From Thecamonas trahens ATCC 50062 (taxonomy: Eukaryota > Protista > Apusomonadida), in the NCBI RefSeq assembly GCF_000142905.1, contig NW_013657658.1, positions 372,001 through 436,000 of the forward strand: a stretch of DNA of 64,000 nucleotides. The letters are read 5' to 3'. The notes below the pieces were generated by a model. The model searched no databases. It was given only the letters and a program-made list of their open reading frames with translations, and was not told the origin of the DNA. This document shows, piece by piece, positions 12,301 to 22,800 of this stretch. Numbering within the stretch: position 1 is the first letter of the stretch; each line of letters opens with the position of its first letter. The translations under genes were made by a program, and so were the position numbers.

Positions 12301-14922
12301 CAACGCGCGGCTTCGTGCGATGGAGCAGCAGGTCAGGATCCTGCGCAAGGCGCTGCTCTCTGCACGGGCCAAGCTGCGTGCGGCCGGGCTGGAGGCCGCA
12401 GCCGAAAAGGCGACCGCGGCTGCTCGACGCGGTGGGGTGTCGGCGTCCGAGCTGGCGGCGGAGCCGCCCACGGATGTGGCGCTCAAGGTCAAGAGCGAGA
12501 TTGACAGCGACATCAAGGCGCTGCTGCGGAGCCGCGGGCTCTTGGGAAGATTACCCGAGTCAGGCAGCGACGACGACGATGGCGACGAGCTGGTGTGTAT
12601 GGTGGCGGTGGCGACGCAAACCGAGGGTGTCGGAACGGCGGTAGCCGCGACGCAAACAGCGGGAGACGGCGTAACGTTGACAGTGAGCATGCAGGCTGCA
12701 CGTGGGCTGCCTGTTCAGGCATCGGCCGACAACATGCTGCTGGCGCTGCGGTCGCGGCTCAAGGACCAAATCGAACAGCTGGCTCAGACGCAACAGCGTC
12801 TGGTACGGACTGCGTCGTCGGCGTCGATGCAGCGCTCCGACTCGGCGTCGATGCGGCGGTCCGACTCGATGTCTGTGGCATCACGTGAGAGCCCACCGCT
12901 TGACGGCCAAAGCCTGGCTGCAGCGGCAGCGATTTCCGCGTCAACGCCACATGTGGTGGCGCCGTTTGCCTCGCGTTCGCTCCCACATACACCGCGTCGC
13001 AGCACGCTGGATTCAGAGACAGCACTAGCGGTGAAGGTGCTCGAGCTCGAGGACCGGCTGCGGGAGCAGACAGAGGCGCACCGGGCGGAGTTGGCGCAGG
13101 CTACTGCTGCAGCGCAGCATGGGCCGCGGCCGCCGACCGGTGAAGCGCCGTCGGCTCCGGCGGCTGTGCGAGCGGTGCGTGAGCGGGCGTTGCGGAGCCG
13201 GCGGGAAGCGGCGCGCGGGGCGTCCGAGACGAGCGAGGTGCGTGCAGCAGCTGTCAAGCTTGCGGCAGCGTCGACGGAAGGTGGCAGCGGCTTGGAGGAG
13301 GGCGCCGACGAGGTGCCCATAGCAGCAAGGGGGATGCGGAACTCTGTGTCTGAGGCCATGATGGCGGTCGGCGGAGGGGTTGGCTCGTCGCATGCTGTAC
13401 TGCCGCCGATTGGAGCGGTGGGCAGAACGGGCGAGCTCGGGCTGCGGAGTGGTGGCGCGCAGTCACTGGTCATCACCACAGCAGGTGGAGGCAGTGGAGT
13501 GCTCCGGGTGGCGCGGAGTGTGGAGCGGCTGGCAGGAACTCGGGGAACCTCGGGCGGGGGCTCGGGCTCGCGGTCGCGGTCGCGGTCGCTGACGCGGTCG
13601 CGGTCGGGCTCGCACTCGCGGTCGCCGTCACAGGAAGGAACGTCAAGCGAGCAAGCCGGCGAGCTCTCGCCGAGCACAATGGTGAGCGCGATGCGGAACC
13701 GGCTGACGAGCACGGTGCAGCTGGACACGTTCGAGCGGGCGAAGCAGCGGCAGGCGAAGAAGGGGTGGCGCGCGCGTGGAAGAACATGGTTGGCAAGCTG
13801 GCGAACGAGAGCAAGACCGGGCGGGCGCCAAGGCCAAAGCCGCTGCGGTGGGTGCTGCAGCGGGTGTGGCAGCTTTACTCGGACAAGATGTCGGCGGACA
13901 GCTCTGACGACCGGGTTGGCATGCCGCACATCCCGTTCCAGATCTTTGTTTACGAATGGTTTGTGCACGAGTACGGGCTGCGGTCGCTAGCGGAGGCGAA
14001 CCTCAAGGCGCTATTGCACACGGTGAGTGTCCGTGCGGATGGGTCGCCACGAATGGCGATGTTTGCGCGGTTCTGCGGGCTTGCGTGCGCTGACCAAGTA
14101 TACTCGCTGGACGTGCTGGACGTGTTTCTGGCGACACTGCGGCAGGTTGTGGGCCATGCGGGGGTGACGCTCGAGGCCGAACCTGTGCGTGTCGGGGTGA
14201 CAGCGGCGCTGGATGGAGTGCACAAGGCGCTGAGCGCGGAGCGCGGGATTGCGGCCGCGCAGCTCGAAAAGGCGATGGCACAGTTGGCAGCCGTACTGAT
14301 TCGAGAGGCTGAGGGTGTAGACGGCGAGCAGATTGTGGACGTGGACACGGTGCTGGGCGAGACGGTTGGGGTCTGGCTGCAGGTGTTTGACCCGACGTAT
14401 GCGCGGATGCAGGCGCTGTACCGGGCGGCGGACATGAACGGCGACGGCGAGCTCGACTGCCAAGAGTTTGTGCACACGGTCCTGCATGCGGCGCCGTCGT
14501 TTTCTGCGGCGGAGGCGCGTGCGCTGTTTGTGGCCCAAGCCGGGTCGGAGGAGGCGACGATGGCGCCGGGCGGGTTTGTGGCTGCCGCGCAGGCCGGACA
14601 TCTGCCGTCGTGGCAGCCCGGCGGCGACATGCGCGGGACCGACCTGGTGGAGCGGCTGGAGCGGCTGTGGGGCTCGACGCGCGAAGCGGTGATGGACGAG
14701 ATTGAGGTGCTCAACCGCAAGCTGGCAGGCACATCCGAAGTGGATCTTGCCACCGAGCGGCTGTCGAACTTTGTGCGGCTGTACTCGGAGGAGGCGCGCG
14801 ATGTGCTCGCGACGTGGTACGCGTACCACCTGCTGATGCTGGACCTTGCACTTGCACGTGAGGTCTTCCGGGCGTCGCTGCCGTCACCGGGTGAGCGGTT
14901 GCATCTCGGGCGGCGGACGTAG
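9371..14922 (+). CDS. Axonemal dynein light chain domain (p28/DNALI1/AXDND1-like) coiled-coil protein with C-terminal EF-hand; one -1 shift at 13762-13765
   Basis: PSSRRDVDLLNEWIE...IYSIAIHEVTRQVTVQCAPRGKLL resembles the Ax_dynein_light consensus (ELIRQVTxxCxERGxLL). Long coiled-coil and Ser-rich linkers follow. EF-hand DMNGDGELDCQEF at ~14431. One added G joins ORFs 9371 and 13765 (~1850 aa). Confidence 0.75.
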
Positions 14923-14929
14923 TAAAGAC

Positions 14930-15886
14930 CTACATGATGGGAGAGGAGAGGTTCGAGTCTGGGCGCGGCTGGGTGAGCGGTTCCTCAGCGGCGTCGTCAA
15001 AGAAGTCGATGGTGGATGCGGGCTCGAGAGCGGGCGTGTCGTGGTGCTCTGTCTGCAACTGAGCAGGGCCAATGCGGGCAGCAACGTTGGCCAGCTGCTG
15101 CTCAAACTGCGCCAGGCGGAGGTCCTGAGCCTCAATCTTGGTCTTCATAATCTTGATGATCTGCAGAAGGGTGGCCAGGCGCGAGTTGGCAATGTCCTGG
15201 CCTTGACGGACAATGTTCCGCTCCTTCCGCTGGCGCTCAAACTCGATACGCATCTTGTGACGCATATCTCTCAGCTGCTCCAGCGCCGTCGCCTCTGATC
15301 GCGGCTTAGAGGCGTGAGGAGCTGCCGCCCGTTGCCGAGCCCGAGCCCGACCTCGCGACGGCGACACTCTCGCACTCTGGCCACGATTCGCAGTACGACC
15401 ACCATCAGCACCAAACTGACTCGGGCCTGTGTTTGCCCGCTTGCACGGGCGGAGAGAAGCGTTATCATCATCATCATCATCATCATTATCATCATCATCA
15501 TCATCATCATGGTCGTCGTCATGGCCAGACCCAGGAGCCGAGCGAGGACGCGAACGAGGCCGGGAACGAGAATGAGAATGAGGATAATCGCCATGAGGCG
15601 GAGGCTCAGCTTTTCTCTTGCGAACGGCTGCTTGCCAAGCCGACCGAGCAGCTTTCAGTTCTGCGGCAGAGGCAGGCTGCCCGCGTGGCCGCAGGCTCTG
15701 CAGCAAGGCGGGCGGAGGGGCGAGGGGAGCGACCTCGCAGGCGGGGCAGGACCATGTGCCAGGCGGGGCGGCCGAGAGTGGAGGTATGAGGCAGCCAGAG
15801 TGGAAAGAGAGCGTGCATGTGTCGCAGCAGAGAACATCACCCCCACCCTGACATGTGTAGCAGTAGTCGCTGTGCTGGTCAGTCAT
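14930..15886 (-). CDS. PHD-finger protein with acidic tract and C-terminal coiled coil (PHF21A/AIRE/CHD4-type PHD)
   Basis: HSDYCYTCQGGGDVLCCDTCTLSFHSGCLIPPLSAAPPGTWSCPAC is a C4HC3 PHD finger. The likely start is ATG at 15886; the ORF extension to 15958 only reads promoter repeats. Confidence 0.85.
   Translation of the reverse strand: MTDQHSDYCYTCQGGGDVLCCDTCTLSFHSGCLIPPLSAAPPGTWSCPACEVAPLAPPPALLQSLRPRGQPASAAELKAARSAWQAAVRKRKAEPPPHGDYPHSHSRSRPRSRPRSAPGSGHDDDHDDDDDDDNDDDDDDDNASLRPCKRANTGPSQFGADGGRTANRGQSARVSPSRGRARARQRAAAPHASKPRSEATALEQLRDMRHKMRIEFERQRKERNIVRQGQDIANSRLATLLQIIKIMKTKIEAQDLRLAQFEQQLANVAARIGPAQLQTEHHDTPALEPASTIDFFDDAAEEPLTQPRPDSNLSSPIM
15463..15510. repeat. (ATC)n microsatellite encoding poly-Asp in the PHD gene
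   Basis: About 16 near-perfect ATC units; reads as a poly-Asp run with an Asn interruption on the minus strand. Confidence 0.9.
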
Positions 15887-16134
15887 GGGTGTGGGGTGTG
15901 GGGGGGGAGGGGGTGTGGGGTGGGGTGGTGGGGTGATCGTGATCGTGATCGTGATCATGATCGTGATCGTGATTGTGGGATCTGATCTGATGTGTGATTG
16001 TGGGATCTGATCTGATGTGATCTGGGTGATGGGGGGAGGAATGGGGATGTGGGTGGTGGCAGGCAGTGGTGGGTGTGTATGCGAGGGTGTGGGGTGGGGG
16101 GTGGGGGTGGTGTGGGGTGATCGTGATCGTGATC
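15887..16134. repeat. G/GT-rich tracts, (GTGATC)n arrays and a 25-bp tandem duplication in a divergent promoter
   Basis: (GTGATC)~6 at 15933-15968; GTGATTGTGGGATCTGATCTGATGT x2 at 15969-16018; (GTGATC)3 at 16117-16134. Confidence 0.85.
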
Positions 16135-16233
16135 AGGGAATGCGGTGTCTGTACTGATCAATCGGTGGGATCGGCGTGGGTGCCACCACAGCCGCCTGAC
16201 GTCACCACCTCACTTTCGGGGACAGGTACAGAG

Positions 16234-17182
16234 ATGGGCAAGAAGACAGGGACAGGCAAGAAGACCAAGAGGAAGACAAGTGGGAGTACGACTACTACAG
16301 CCGCAAGTACTTCTTCTACTTCTTCTCCAGACTCGAACGTGACCGTCGTCCTCCTCGCTGCCCTCCTGCTCGCCCTCGCCGCCGTCGCCTACGTGGTCAC
16401 CACCGATGACGGCACTGGCGTCCTGCCGTCTTGCTGGCTCGGCAACGCTGGCTGATGACACTCGTGATGGGAACCATGGTGGAAATGGGGTTGGGCACGA
16501 GGTTGGCATGGTCAACTTCGATGATTTGGATGAGGCTGAGCTGGGCGGCAGTGAGCCCAAGCTCTCGGCCAAGGAGGAGATGGATCCGGTCAAGTCGCTA
16601 CCGTACAAGGTCAACGACGCGCTGAAGCAGGTCGAGGCGCTGCAGAAGGGCTTTGCCGGCTTGAGCAACACGTATCAGCAGAGAAGACTGATGGAGAAGG
16701 GCTCGCTGCCGCTCATGCCGCTCCCGGCCGGCATGCTCGAGATCAGAGACAATCTGAGGATCGTGGTCGAGCTTGTGGTGGGTCAAGTCAGCCGGTACAT
16801 CGGCCACAAGCTGCCTGGCTACTCGGCGTTTCAGGACAAGAACTTTGTGGCCAAGCTGGAGATGCTCAAGCAGAGCATGGCCCACCTCGACCGCAGCCTC
16901 TACCGGGTCGTCGCCGCCATGGCCAGCGACGCCGACATATACGTCGGCGCAAACGCAGAGGCCTGCGGCCATGCAGACTTTGCCAATGTTCTTGTCGGTG
17001 AGGACTACGACATCAAAGTCCGCAAGGAGCACGACGACGTCGACGCCCTCGTCGCCATTGCCATCGACAAGGTCGAACGCGGCCAGGCCTGCCGCGGCAT
17101 CGTCTCAAAGCAGAAGCCTGCCGCCGCGGCCGACATTCCCGCCGTCTCGCGCCTGGGCCGGCGCCGTGTCGCTGGCCAGTAG
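16234..17182 (+). CDS. Hypothetical type II membrane protein; join between N-terminal anchor and main ORF unresolved
   Basis: ATG at 16234 gives a basic N-terminus and TM helix VVLLAALLLALAAVAYVV. The downstream ORF 16406..17182 has typical codon usage but lies in the +1 frame. A possible intron is 16420-16501, with weak splice signals. Confidence 0.55.
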
Positions 17183-17190
17183 CAGCCGCC

Positions 17191-19095
17191 TCATTCCAGT
17201 CCGGCATAGAGCGAGCCCATTCCAGAAGGCCCAGCGCCAGTCGTCTGTCGGCGCCCTCGCGCCCCGCGTCCCCGTCCTCGCGCCCCGCGTCCGCGCCCTC
17301 GCGCCCTGTGTCCGCGCCCCCCCGATCTATAGCTGGTCGACATGCCGCGGACCACTGCTGCCGCCGCCGCCAGCGCCCCGCCCCCACCACCCGCTCCGCC
17401 GCCGGCACCTGCCCGGCCATGGTCGATGAACGCGTCGAGAAGCTCCAGCTCAACGCCTGCGACCTTGGAGCAGAGATGCAGAGTGAACTTGCCGGCGACG
17501 TGCGCGCCCATCACCCGCGGCACAACCACGTACGAGCCTGCAGCTAGCATCACCGTCGTCGCAACCGTCCTGGCGTTGGTAAACGTAGTTGCAACTAGTG
17601 ACTCGCTCAAGCACGCCGCCCCTGACGGCACCGTCCTGCCTGGCAGGATGGCAATCGCCGACGCCTTGCGTGGCACCGCAGCCTTCTTCTTCGCCTTGTA
17701 CTCGATCGGATGGAGGCCAAGGTGGACGACGGCTCCATCAGCTGGGATGTCGAGAGCAAAGCAGGGAGTGCAGACGGCGCCGGACGCTCCCGGCTTCCAC
17801 GCTCCATCAATCGCGGCGCGTGATGGCCAGTCGTCGTGAAGAGGATGGTCGACGACAGTCATGGTCACCGGCGCGACGCCGTCGTCGTCACCATCACCCA
17901 CTGTTGCCACCGTGAGCGCGTAGCTGCCGCTCAGTTGCCCATCGTACATCGCTGGCTGAAGAAAGACCGGGCTGGAGGCAGGCATCGAAAAGACGAGACT
18001 GGCTTCGCGCGAGTTGCTGTACGGCGAGACTGCCAGCCGCTGGTACGCCAGCGCTGCACCAAGCCACGGCGAGGCCTCGCCACAAGCGGCATCTCGCTCG
18101 GCCGTTGCGCCTGCCGTCGGCACCAGCGCCTCTATCCCAATCGGCGGATAGCTGGCCGATGGCGAGTGTGGGACGGTGAGCGAGGCGATGACACGGAGCT
18201 TTGCTCCTTCGCGGCTTGTGCGAGCCAGCTGGTAGGCTCGCAGCGTCGAGCGCCGCTGGGATGGCATCCGTGTCGTGCTGACGCCGTCTGCTCTTTCAAA
18301 CTCGCCCGTGACAACATCGTGGACGCGCGCATCAGCGCGAGCGATGACCATGCGAGTGAAGCTGCGGATGACGGTCTTGAGCGTGATCCACGACGCGCCG
18401 GGCGGTGCAGGACGGGCCGACGACGTCTTGCGCTTGGGCGGGCGGTCGACGTGTGGATTGAGGACGCACACGGCGTTGTCGGCCACGGCAATGACCGCGT
18501 ACGCGTGGTCGTCAAGCACATCCATCCCACGAGGCAGCGGTGAGAGCTTCTCTTCGGTCACGTTGCGCGAGGATCGGTAGAGGCCGATGGGGCAGCCGGC
18601 GGCAAACAGGGCGGCGGCGGCGGCGATGGAGGCGAGCTTGGACGCCGGCGAGAGCCGGATGGTGACGACAGGAAGACCGAGCATGTCCGCGAAAGCCTCG
18701 GAGATCTTTCCGCCCTGAAGTGCGTTGTACGATCCATACCGCGCGGCCAAGGCCTTTTCTAGCAGCGGCAGCATGGGCGAAGAGGAGGAGGACATGAACC
18801 GCAGTGCGCCCGAGTCGTCGACAGGCAGCGTGTCGTCGACGACCACTCGAGTGGGCATCATCTCCTCGCCGATGTGCAGAACAAAGGCGATTGTTCCTTC
18901 ATGATCATCGACATGAGCCTTTGGCACGAGATCAGGCGCAGCAGCAGCAATGGCGTGGATGGCAGCAACGACAAAGCAGTTGGCGAGGCGTCCTTGCCGG
19001 CACCCGAGCACCTCTTCGCGGCAGACGGTGACCTCGTCTTCTCGCAGCGGAAAGTGAGCAAACGGCCCAGGAGCGAGATCGCCGGCAGAGGTCAT
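17191..19095 (-). CDS. Calpain-family cysteine peptidase (CysPc plus probably two calpain III/C2-like domains, RG-rich tail)
   Basis: QGRLANCFVVAA (Cys), VVVDDTLP, LLEKALAARYGSYNALQGG, HAYAVI (His), LNPH (Asn). Domain-III-like segments YSNSREAS, FTNARTVA and AGSYVVVP..GKFTLHL. Confidence 0.85.
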   Translation of the reverse strand: MTSAGDLAPGPFAHFPLREDEVTVCREEVLGCRQGRLANCFVVAAIHAIAAAAPDLVPKAHVDDHEGTIAFVLHIGEEMMPTRVVVDDTLPVDDSGALRFMSSSSSPMLPLLEKALAARYGSYNALQGGKISEAFADMLGLPVVTIRLSPASKLASIAAAAALFAAGCPIGLYRSSRNVTEEKLSPLPRGMDVLDDHAYAVIAVADNAVCVLNPHVDRPPKRKTSSARPAPPGASWITLKTVIRSFTRMVIARADARVHDVVTGEFERADGVSTTRMPSQRRSTLRAYQLARTSREGAKLRVIASLTVPHSPSASYPPIGIEALVPTAGATAERDAACGEASPWLGAALAYQRLAVSPYSNSREASLVFSMPASSPVFLQPAMYDGQLSGSYALTVATVGDGDDDGVAPVTMTVVDHPLHDDWPSRAAIDGAWKPGASGAVCTPCFALDIPADGAVVHLGLHPIEYKAKKKAAVPRKASAIAILPGRTVPSGAACLSESLVATTFTNARTVATTVMLAAGSYVVVPRVMGAHVAGKFTLHLCSKVAGVELELLDAFIDHGRAGAGGGAGGGGGALAAAAAVVRGMSTSYRSGGRGHRARGRGRGARGRGRGARGRRQTTGAGPSGMGSLYAGLE

Positions 19096-19804
19096 TCTCG
19101 ACCGAGTCGCAAGACGGTAAGAGTCAGGTGATGGCTCGGCGCTTGGCTCGGGTTGTCGTTCTGTTCGGTGGCGCGAGGAAGGGGATTAAGAAGGAATTCG
19201 AGAAGGAATGGCTGGGAACGCGCTCCTCTTGCCGCAGGCCGATCGAGCTTGAAGCCATGATCGCGAGCCTCCTCACCCTCTTCTCAGCCATCTGCAACTT
19301 CTGCACCCTCTGCAACCTCTTGCATTGTGCGCTTTCCATGTGTTCTGTGTTCGCAACCAGACGATGCCGCCTCATGCCGACGCTCGCTAGCCGCTGCTCG
19401 GCTCATCGATCTGGAAGGCATGATTGCGAGGCACTACCTCCCCCCCCCCCCCTCCATCGCCTGTGGTTTCTTATGCTTTCCAACGTCTACTTGACGTTGT
19501 TGTAGAGCCATGAGTGCTCGCAATCAGCAGATGCTACGGGAGGGTGGCTCGGCTAGCCACGCAACCTTTTTTTTCGTGCCTTTGACCGGCAAATTATCTC
19601 CGCACCGTTTCTCCGCTGTGTTGGTTGTCATCTGTTCGAGGTCCGGCTGACGGCCCGCACCGCCACACCGCACGAGCGTGTGCCCAAGGCGGCGACATTC
19701 CACTCCCCGCACCACGGAATCTTTGCTGTTGTTGTCTCTGCCCCTGCCAATACAACGACTAGTGCCGTCTTGCATAACTCTGTTGTTGCTTTTTCGTCCT
19801 GTCC

Positions 19805-22800
19805 ATGCCCTGCCCAAGGCTACCGTGCTCCGTCCGGCCATGGTGTTTGTCGCTGGCTTTTGTGGTCTTTTTTTCAGTGGCCTTTTCCGATGCTGCACCG
19901 CCGCTCTACGAACGTAGCTTTGACAATGGTGTTGATGGACGAGTTCAAGACAATGGTTCTGGTGACACAAGTGCTCCTGGGGCTGTTGTCTCTCTCAAGG
20001 AATCCTTCTTGGCGCTGAGGGTGATCGACATTCCGTCATCCTCCACTGGCCTGTACTTTGCGTCGTCGCGGACCAAAATCGGCTTTAAGGGCCTGCACGA
20101 GGCGGATGATGCTGCTACCATGAGGATGACTGCGTACGACTCCAACGAGTACCGTGGCGAGGCCCTATTAGAGACGCCATGGTCCGACAATGATGGCCTC
20201 AATGCCCTGCCATTATCCTCGTTATCATGGGAGTATTCCCATCCCGGAGGCGAGGTTAGCGAGTTTGACATCAACGACGAGCGCAAAGCTGGCTTCTCCA
20301 AGTTTGTGACTGATGTGCTCAACAGCGATGGATTCTCTGGAGCTTTGCTGTTCCGTCTGGAGCTGACGACCGCACCTGACCACAGCTATCTACTTGAGCT
20401 CGGAAACGGAGACTCGTTCTTCTCGCTCGAGTTTTGGCCGGTCTGCGGGGAGTACCCATCGGTGCCTTCGGGCACGCTCTCGACGTCAGGGGTCACGAGC
20501 TCGACATCGCACATAGTTGGCGACTCTATCACGATCACGTGCTCGGGCGGCTTGATGCTCTACGGTGGCTCGACTGCGAATACTGTGCTGTGTGAGGCAG
20601 GCGGATGGGCAGCTTTGCCGCCGGCGGTCAAGTGTGCTCCCCCGCCACCACCTCCGCCGCCGCCTTCGCCGCCGCCATCTCCGCCGCCGCCATCTCCGCC
20701 GCCGCCGTCGCCGCCGCCATCTCCGCCGCCGCCATCTCCGCCGCCGCCTTCGCCGCCGCCGTCGCCGCCGCCTTCGCCGCCGCCTTCACCTCCGCCGCCA
20801 TCGCCGCCGCCGCCTTCACCTCCGCCGCCATCGCCGCCGCCGCCTTCACCTCCGCCGCCACCGTCACCTCCGCCGCCATCGCCGCCGCCGCCGTCGCCGC
20901 CGCCGTCGCCGCCACCGCCACCATCGCCACCTCCGCCATACGCGTGTGAGCTGATACAGCCTCCGCCTAACGGCACCATATCGTTTTCTGACTATGGATA
21001 CGCCGGCTCTGTGGCGGTGACAACCTGCATCGACGGCACGGATTTTGTGGCCGGTGATGCGGTGCGAACGTGCACCGGGTTAACCTGGACTGGATTGCCG
21101 GCCGTGTGCGTCAGGGTGGCGTGCCCGGGCCTTGCGCCGCCGGCGTTTGGCTCTGTCAGCTGCACCAACGGATCGAGTACAGCCACGCCGGGCATCTTTG
21201 GCGAGATCTGCACCTTCGAGTGCTTGAACGGGCTGACCAAGGTCGGAGCCGACGCACTCGAGTGTCTTGGAAGTTCAATGTGGTCGGCACCGGCCCCATT
21301 CTGCTCGGCGGTCAATGTCTCGCAGTCAACGGGTGCGCCTATTGGCATGCCGCTCAAGATCACGGCCGGTGACACGTGGGAGCTGCGTGTCTCGCTCCGT
21401 GACTCGGAGGGCAACGCTGCCGGAAGCGGCAACGATCTGCCGCTGGCAGTTGTGCGGGGTGGTGATGGGGCCAACGCGGTGGCAGAGACGACGTACATCT
21501 CGACCGGCGAGTACAGCGCGAGAGTGGCGGTGCCGACTACGGTGGGCAGCTACATGTACGACATCGGGGCCAATGGTGAGCTCTTTACCCGCGGAGTCAC
21601 GAATGTTGCGGTCGAGGTGGTGCCCGGCGCGCCGGACGGGCGATCGAGCACGCTCGTTGATCTGCCGACCTCGGGCGTGCTTCAGATCGAGACGTCTGCA
21701 ACGACCGAGTACAATGTGGTGGTGACCGACGAGTTTGGCAATGTGCTGACGCAAGCGCTGGCCGCGTCCGAGGTGAGCATCGCGCTTCAACGCGGAGCTG
21801 ACACCTTTGCTGTGACGGGCGTAGAACTGGGGCCGGGCTCGATCAAGTTTGGCATTGTGGTGGTCGAGGGCGGCTCGTACACGCTTGCGGTCAAGATCGG
21901 TGGCGAGGACATTGTGGGCTCGCCGTTTGTGGTTTCAGCGTCTGCCACTTGTGTGCCTGGCACGCGGGTCATCGATGGCGTCCGCTGCACGAGCTGCTCT
22001 GCGGGCACGTTCTCGGAGACCGTGAACGCGGTGGCGTGCAGCATCTGCCCCGAGTTTACCACCTCGCCCGAGCAGTCGTCATCGTTCCTCAACTGCACCT
22101 GCCTGCCGACGTTTTGGTTTGGGACTGGCGAGCGTGTGCGCGGCAAGCGATGTGAGCTGTGTCCGGTGGGCGCGATCTGTGCCGGCGGGACGACGCCGCC
22201 GCGAGCTGCGCCTGGACATGAGCCCTCGGACGATGGGCAAGCGTTTGTGACGTGTCCACAGCCTGCAGCGTGTATGGGCGATGGCAAGTGCGCTGCCGGA
22301 TACCGCGGGCGGCTGTGCGCGCAGTGCTCGTCGGGCTACTACCGACTCGGTGATGTGTGCCGCGAGTGCAAGGGCTCGAACGTGGCGATCATTGTCGTGC
22401 TTGTTGTGCTTGTCTTTGCCTACGTCACCGGAGTGGTGTGGATCAACACGCGGAACACCAAGGTGTACGGGTACGCTGCGTTTGTCATTGCGCTCAACAC
22501 GCTCCAGGCGGTGGCGATCTACGGGACGATCCAGCTCGACTGGCATCCTGTGGCGGAAGCGATCTTTGACGCGGTCTCGATGGTCAACCTCAACCTCGAT
22601 CTTGCGTCGCCCGAGTGCGGGCTGGACGTGGGCGATGTGTGGATGTTCAAGTGGGGCATGACGATGGCGCTGCCGGTTCTGTTCCTCCTTCCGTTTGTGG
22701 TTGTGACTGCCATCCTCTGCGTGGTTTTCAATTTCCGCGAGTCCAAGAGTGCCATGTTTGCTGCCAACGGGCGAGTGGTTGGAGCCGCCGGACGTGGGTA

